From Elusimicrobiota bacterium (GTDB taxonomy: Bacteria > Elusimicrobiota > Endomicrobiia > CG1-02-37-114 > JAHJSO01): 15,026 bases of DNA. The stretch spans positions 1 through 15,026 of the forward strand of contig JBDRQF010000052.1 in NCBI GenBank assembly GCA_043826435.1, given 5' to 3'. A program made the translations under genes and the position numbers. This document shows positions 11,776 through 15,026 of this stretch, in pieces (the stretch's first letter is position 1; the number at the start of each line of letters is the position of its first letter). Under the pieces are notes generated by a model. It searched no databases. It saw only the letters and a program-made list of their open reading frames with translations, and was not told where the DNA came from.

Positions 11776-11806
11776 ATATTGCATAGGAAGTAGGTAACAC
11801 AGTAAT

Positions 11807-12187
11807 ATGCCAACTATAAACCAACTTGTCCAGTATGGCCGTGAAAAGTCATTCCAGAAAACGAAGGCGCCCGCTCTCCGCGGCTCTCCGCAGCGCAGGG
11901 GCGTGTGCACCAGGGTTTATACGACTACGCCCAAGAAACCGAATTCCGCATTGAGGAAGGTCGCAAGGGTCAAACTCACGTCAGGGTTTGAGGTCACCGC
12001 GTATATACCCGGTGTAGGTCACAATCTGCAGGAGCACTCAATTGTGATGATAAGAGGCGGGAGGGTAAAGGACTTGCCCGGAGTCAGGTATCACATTATT
12101 CGTGGTACGCTGGATGCATCCGGAGTTGAAGGAAGGCAGCAGGGGCGTTCAAAATACGGAGCGAAATATGCCAAGAAAACCGCTTAA
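11807..12187 (+). CDS. rpsL: 30S ribosomal protein S12 (uS12)
   Basis: [47 protein letters not shown]. Confidence 0.99.
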   Translation: MPTINQLVQYGREKSFQKTKAPALRGSPQRRGVCTRVYTTTPKKPNSALRKVARVKLTSGFEVTAYIPGVGHNLQEHSIVMIRGGRVKDLPGVRYHIIRGTLDASGVEGRQQGRSKYGAKYAKKTA

Positions 12188-12647
12188 ACCGGGCCAGAAG
12201 AGAATAGTGGTAACATTGGATAACAGGTATGGCAATCCGCTGCTTGCCAGGTTTATAAACAAGATTGATTTCAGGGGTAAGAAGAGCACGATAGAAAAAC
12301 TTGTATATAAAGCGCTTGATATTATAAAGGAAAAAACCAAGGAAGACCCGCTTAAGGTGTTTGTGACGGCGATTGAAAATGTCAGGCCCATGCTTGAGGT
12401 AAAACCCAGGCGCGTCGGCGGCGCCACATACCAGGTGCCGGCTGAGGTCCCGCGGATCCGCGGCGAGGCGCTTGCAATGAGATGGATTTTGGAGTACGCC
12501 CACGGCAGGAAAGGTATGGAGATGGCGAAAAAACTTGGCGAGGAACTGGTGCTGGCTTACAAAAAAGAAGGATCTGCTTACAAGAAGCGCGAAGACACGC
12601 ACAAGATGGCAGAGGCGAACAAGGCCTTCGCCCATTACAGGTGGTAA
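12168..12647 (+). CDS. rpsG: 30S ribosomal protein S7 (uS7), 159 aa; true start is 12168 (MPRK)
   Basis: MPR start with GGAG at 12158-12161; [40 protein letters not shown]. Confidence 0.98.
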   Translation: MPRKPLKPGQKRIVVTLDNRYGNPLLARFINKIDFRGKKSTIEKLVYKALDIIKEKTKEDPLKVFVTAIENVRPMLEVKPRRVGGATYQVPAEVPRIRGEALAMRWILEYAHGRKGMEMAKKLGEELVLAYKKEGSAYKKREDTHKMAEANKAFAHYRW

Positions 12648-12650
12648 GGG

Positions 12651-14723
12651 ATGGCAATGAAACATCTGACAATAGAAAAAATCAGGAACATTGGATTGAT
12701 AGCCCACATTGATGCGGGCAAAACCACAACGACCGAACGCATTCTCTATTACACGGGCAGGATACACCGTTTGGGAGAGGTGAACGAAGGTACGACTGTA
12801 ATGGACTGGATGGACCAGGAGCGGGAAAGGGGCATAACAATTACCTCCGCAGCCACCACCTGTCACTGGCAGGACTGTCAGATAAACATTATAGACACCC
12901 CGGGACATGTGGATTTTACAATGGAAGTGGAGAGGGCATTGAGGGTGCTTGACGGCGCCATCGTTATTTTTGACGCGGTCAACGGAGTTGAGCCGCAGTC
13001 CGAGACGGTGTGGCACCAGGCGGACAGGTACCATGTTCCGAGAATCGTTTTTATAAATAAGATGGACCGCGTGGGTGCGGATTTCGACGATACTATCTCC
13101 CAGATAAACAAACGGCTTTCTGTGACCCCGCTGATTTTACAACTACCGGTCGTTGAGAACTCCGAGTTCAAAGGTGTAATTGATATCCTCCGGGAAAAAT
13201 ATTATTACTGGGACGAGGAGAAGGGAAAACACTATAAAACGCTTGACATCCCCGAAGGGAGCAGGGGGATTGTTGCAAGACACAGGGAAAAACTTCTTGA
13301 GCAACTTTCGGAAATTGATGAGACGATAATGGACAAGTTCGTCCACGGGAAGCAACCCGGGATTGATGAAATACAGGGAGGTATCCGCAAGGCGACTTTG
13401 TCTTCAAAATACTCACCTATCTTCTGCGGGTCTGCCTTTAAGAATAAGGGAATACAGCCGTTGCTTGACGGCGTTATAAATTACCTGCCTTCGCCGGTTG
13501 ATTTGCCGCCGGTAAAAGGGGTTAACCCGGATACAACCAAAGAGGAAACGAGAAATAACCAGCCGGATGAGAAGTTCTGCGCCTTTGCTTTCAAAGTCCA
13601 GGCAGACCCGTATGTGGGGCGTCTGGTGTTTGTGAGAATATATTCAGGTAAACTTATTAGCGGCGGGGCAGTTTACAATACCCGTAAAAGAAGCATGGAG
13701 AGGATATCACGGTTACTGAGGATGCACGCAAACAAACGGGAAGAGATAAAGGACGCTCACTGCGGAGATATCGTCGGGGTGGTCGGGCTGAAAAGCACCA
13801 TAACGGGCGATACCCTCTCTGAAAAAAAGCACCCCTTGCTGCTGGAATCAATGTATTTCCCTGAGCCGGTTATATGGGTTGCAATTGAGCCGAAGTCAAA
13901 AGCGGACCAGGAAAAATTAGCATACGCCCTTTCCAGGATTCTTGAAGAAGACCCGACGTTCAGGGTAAGGACCGACGAGGAAACAAACCAGACGATAATC
14001 TCGGGCATGGGCGAGTTACATCTTGAAATAATAGTTGACAGGATAAAAAGGGAGTTCAATGTGTCCGCCTCAGTGGGTAGGCCCCAGGTCGCCTACAAGG
14101 AAACGATTACAAAGAGCGTATCCGGTGTGGGCAGGTATATAAAACAGACGGGCGGCAGGGGACAGTACGGGCACGTTGAAATACAGGTAGAGCCGATTGA
14201 GGGTGTCTTTGAATTTATAGACGAAACAAGGGGCGGGTCAATACCCAGGGATTTTATCCCTGCAATTGAAAGAGGCGTTAAGTCCGCCCTGGAGACAGGC
14301 CCTCTTGCAGGTTATCCGATGGTAAATGTCCGGGTAAAACTTATTGACGGCTCATACCATGAGGTGGACTCTTCTGATATCGCATTCAAGATGGCGGCGG
14401 GCATTGCCATTGATGAGACAACAAGAAAAGCGGGTCCAATACTGCTTGAACCGATAATGAAGGTTGAGGTTGTTACCGATGAAACTTCACTCGGCGAAAT
14501 AATATCTGATATTAACGCCCGCAGGGGCAGGATTGTAACGATGGATATGAGGGGTAAAAGATACCACGTGCACACGTTCGTCCCGCTTGCGGAGATGTCC
14601 GGTTATGCGACGACGTTGAGGTCCTTGAGTCAGGGCAGGGCGAGTTATAATATGGAGCCGGCAAAATACGAACCGTTACCAAGGAATATTGCTGAGGCAT
14701 TGTTGCCCAAGGCGATGGTCTAA
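12651..14723 (+). CDS. fusA: Elongation factor G (start at 12651 or 12657)
   Basis: AHIDAGKTT, ERGITITSA, DTPGHVDF, NKMD, GMGELHL, QTGGRGQYGHV, SYHEVDSS; str-operon position. Confidence 0.99.
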   Translation: MAMKHLTIEKIRNIGLIAHIDAGKTTTTERILYYTGRIHRLGEVNEGTTVMDWMDQERERGITITSAATTCHWQDCQINIIDTPGHVDFTMEVERALRVLDGAIVIFDAVNGVEPQSETVWHQADRYHVPRIVFINKMDRVGADFDDTISQINKRLSVTPLILQLPVVENSEFKGVIDILREKYYYWDEEKGKHYKTLDIPEGSRGIVARHREKLLEQLSEIDETIMDKFVHGKQPGIDEIQGGIRKATLSSKYSPIFCGSAFKNKGIQPLLDGVINYLPSPVDLPPVKGVNPDTTKEETRNNQPDEKFCAFAFKVQADPYVGRLVFVRIYSGKLISGGAVYNTRKRSMERISRLLRMHANKREEIKDAHCGDIVGVVGLKSTITGDTLSEKKHPLLLESMYFPEPVIWVAIEPKSKADQEKLAYALSRILEEDPTFRVRTDEETNQTIISGMGELHLEIIVDRIKREFNVSASVGRPQVAYKETITKSVSGVGRYIKQTGGRGQYGHVEIQVEPIEGVFEFIDETRGGSIPRDFIPAIERGVKSALETGPLAGYPMVNVRVKLIDGSYHEVDSSDIAFKMAAGIAIDETTRKAGPILLEPIMKVEVVTDETSLGEIISDINARRGRIVTMDMRGKRYHVHTFVPLAEMSGYATTLRSLSQGRASYNMEPAKYEPLPRNIAEALLPKAMV

Positions 14724-14876
14724 TGAAGACCGGCCAAGTAGGTCTACCGACAAAGCGGGTATGTACATCAGGGGCAAAATAAACAACCAACTTGTATGTT
14801 TTATTAATCGTTGTTGGTAACTTAAAAAGCGTTGCGAACAGACTAATCCTGATAACGCACGGGGGGGATAATAAAC

Positions 14877-15026
14877 ATGAGCAAACAAAAATTTGAGAGG
14901 AAGAAACCGCACGTAAACGTAGGGACGATAGGCCACGTTGACCATGGCAAGACGACGCTTACCGCGGCGATGACGCACGTTCTGAGCAAGAAGAACTTCG
15001 CCCAGGCAAAGGGGATATGGGACATA
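14877..15026 (+). CDS. tuf: Elongation factor Tu, 5' fragment running off the window (absent from the ORF track)
   Basis: Manual translation: [51 protein letters not shown]-rich SD-like run at 14861-14868. Confidence 0.98.
   Translation, partial: MSKQKFERKKPHVNVGTIGHVDHGKTTLTAAMTHVLSKKNFAQAKGIWDI

Noticed and set aside
12102..12167. Longer rpsG start at 12102
   Set aside because: Lies deep inside rpsL; the canonical MPR start with an SD is at 12168.
11807..12187. Streptomycin-resistance alleles in rpsL
   Set aside because: PKKPNSA and RVKDLPG motifs are wild-type.
12096..13034. 312-aa antisense ORF and other minus-strand ORFs over rpoB, rpoC and fusA
   Set aside because: Antisense shadows of conserved genes with no recognisable domains or translation signals.

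Overview
Core housekeeping locus with every real gene on the + strand. In order: the 3' part of a 23S rRNA gene (starting in domain II), 5S rRNA, a REP/RPE-like palindromic doublet, a chlamydial MOMP-like outer-membrane beta-barrel gene, then rplJ-rplL-rpoB-rpoC-rpsL-rpsG-fusA and the 5' end of tuf. From recalled RpoB indel patterns the protein genes look like an uncultured diderm bacterium, probably Elusimicrobiota (unverified inference). I found no defence system, CRISPR array, intron, intein or transposase, and no clear novel multi-gene system. Main oddities: (1) the 23S gene appears chimeric, with an alphaproteobacteria-like 5' part joined to a divergent 3' part and long-range helices H61/H64 that cannot pair, most likely an assembly artefact; (2) a porin-like gene sits 2 nt before rplJ in place of rplK-rplA and the L10 leader, directly downstream of an rRNA operon; (3) a palindromic doublet whose arms show compensatory changes; (4) compensated changes near the peptidyl-transferase centre and an expanded H98.
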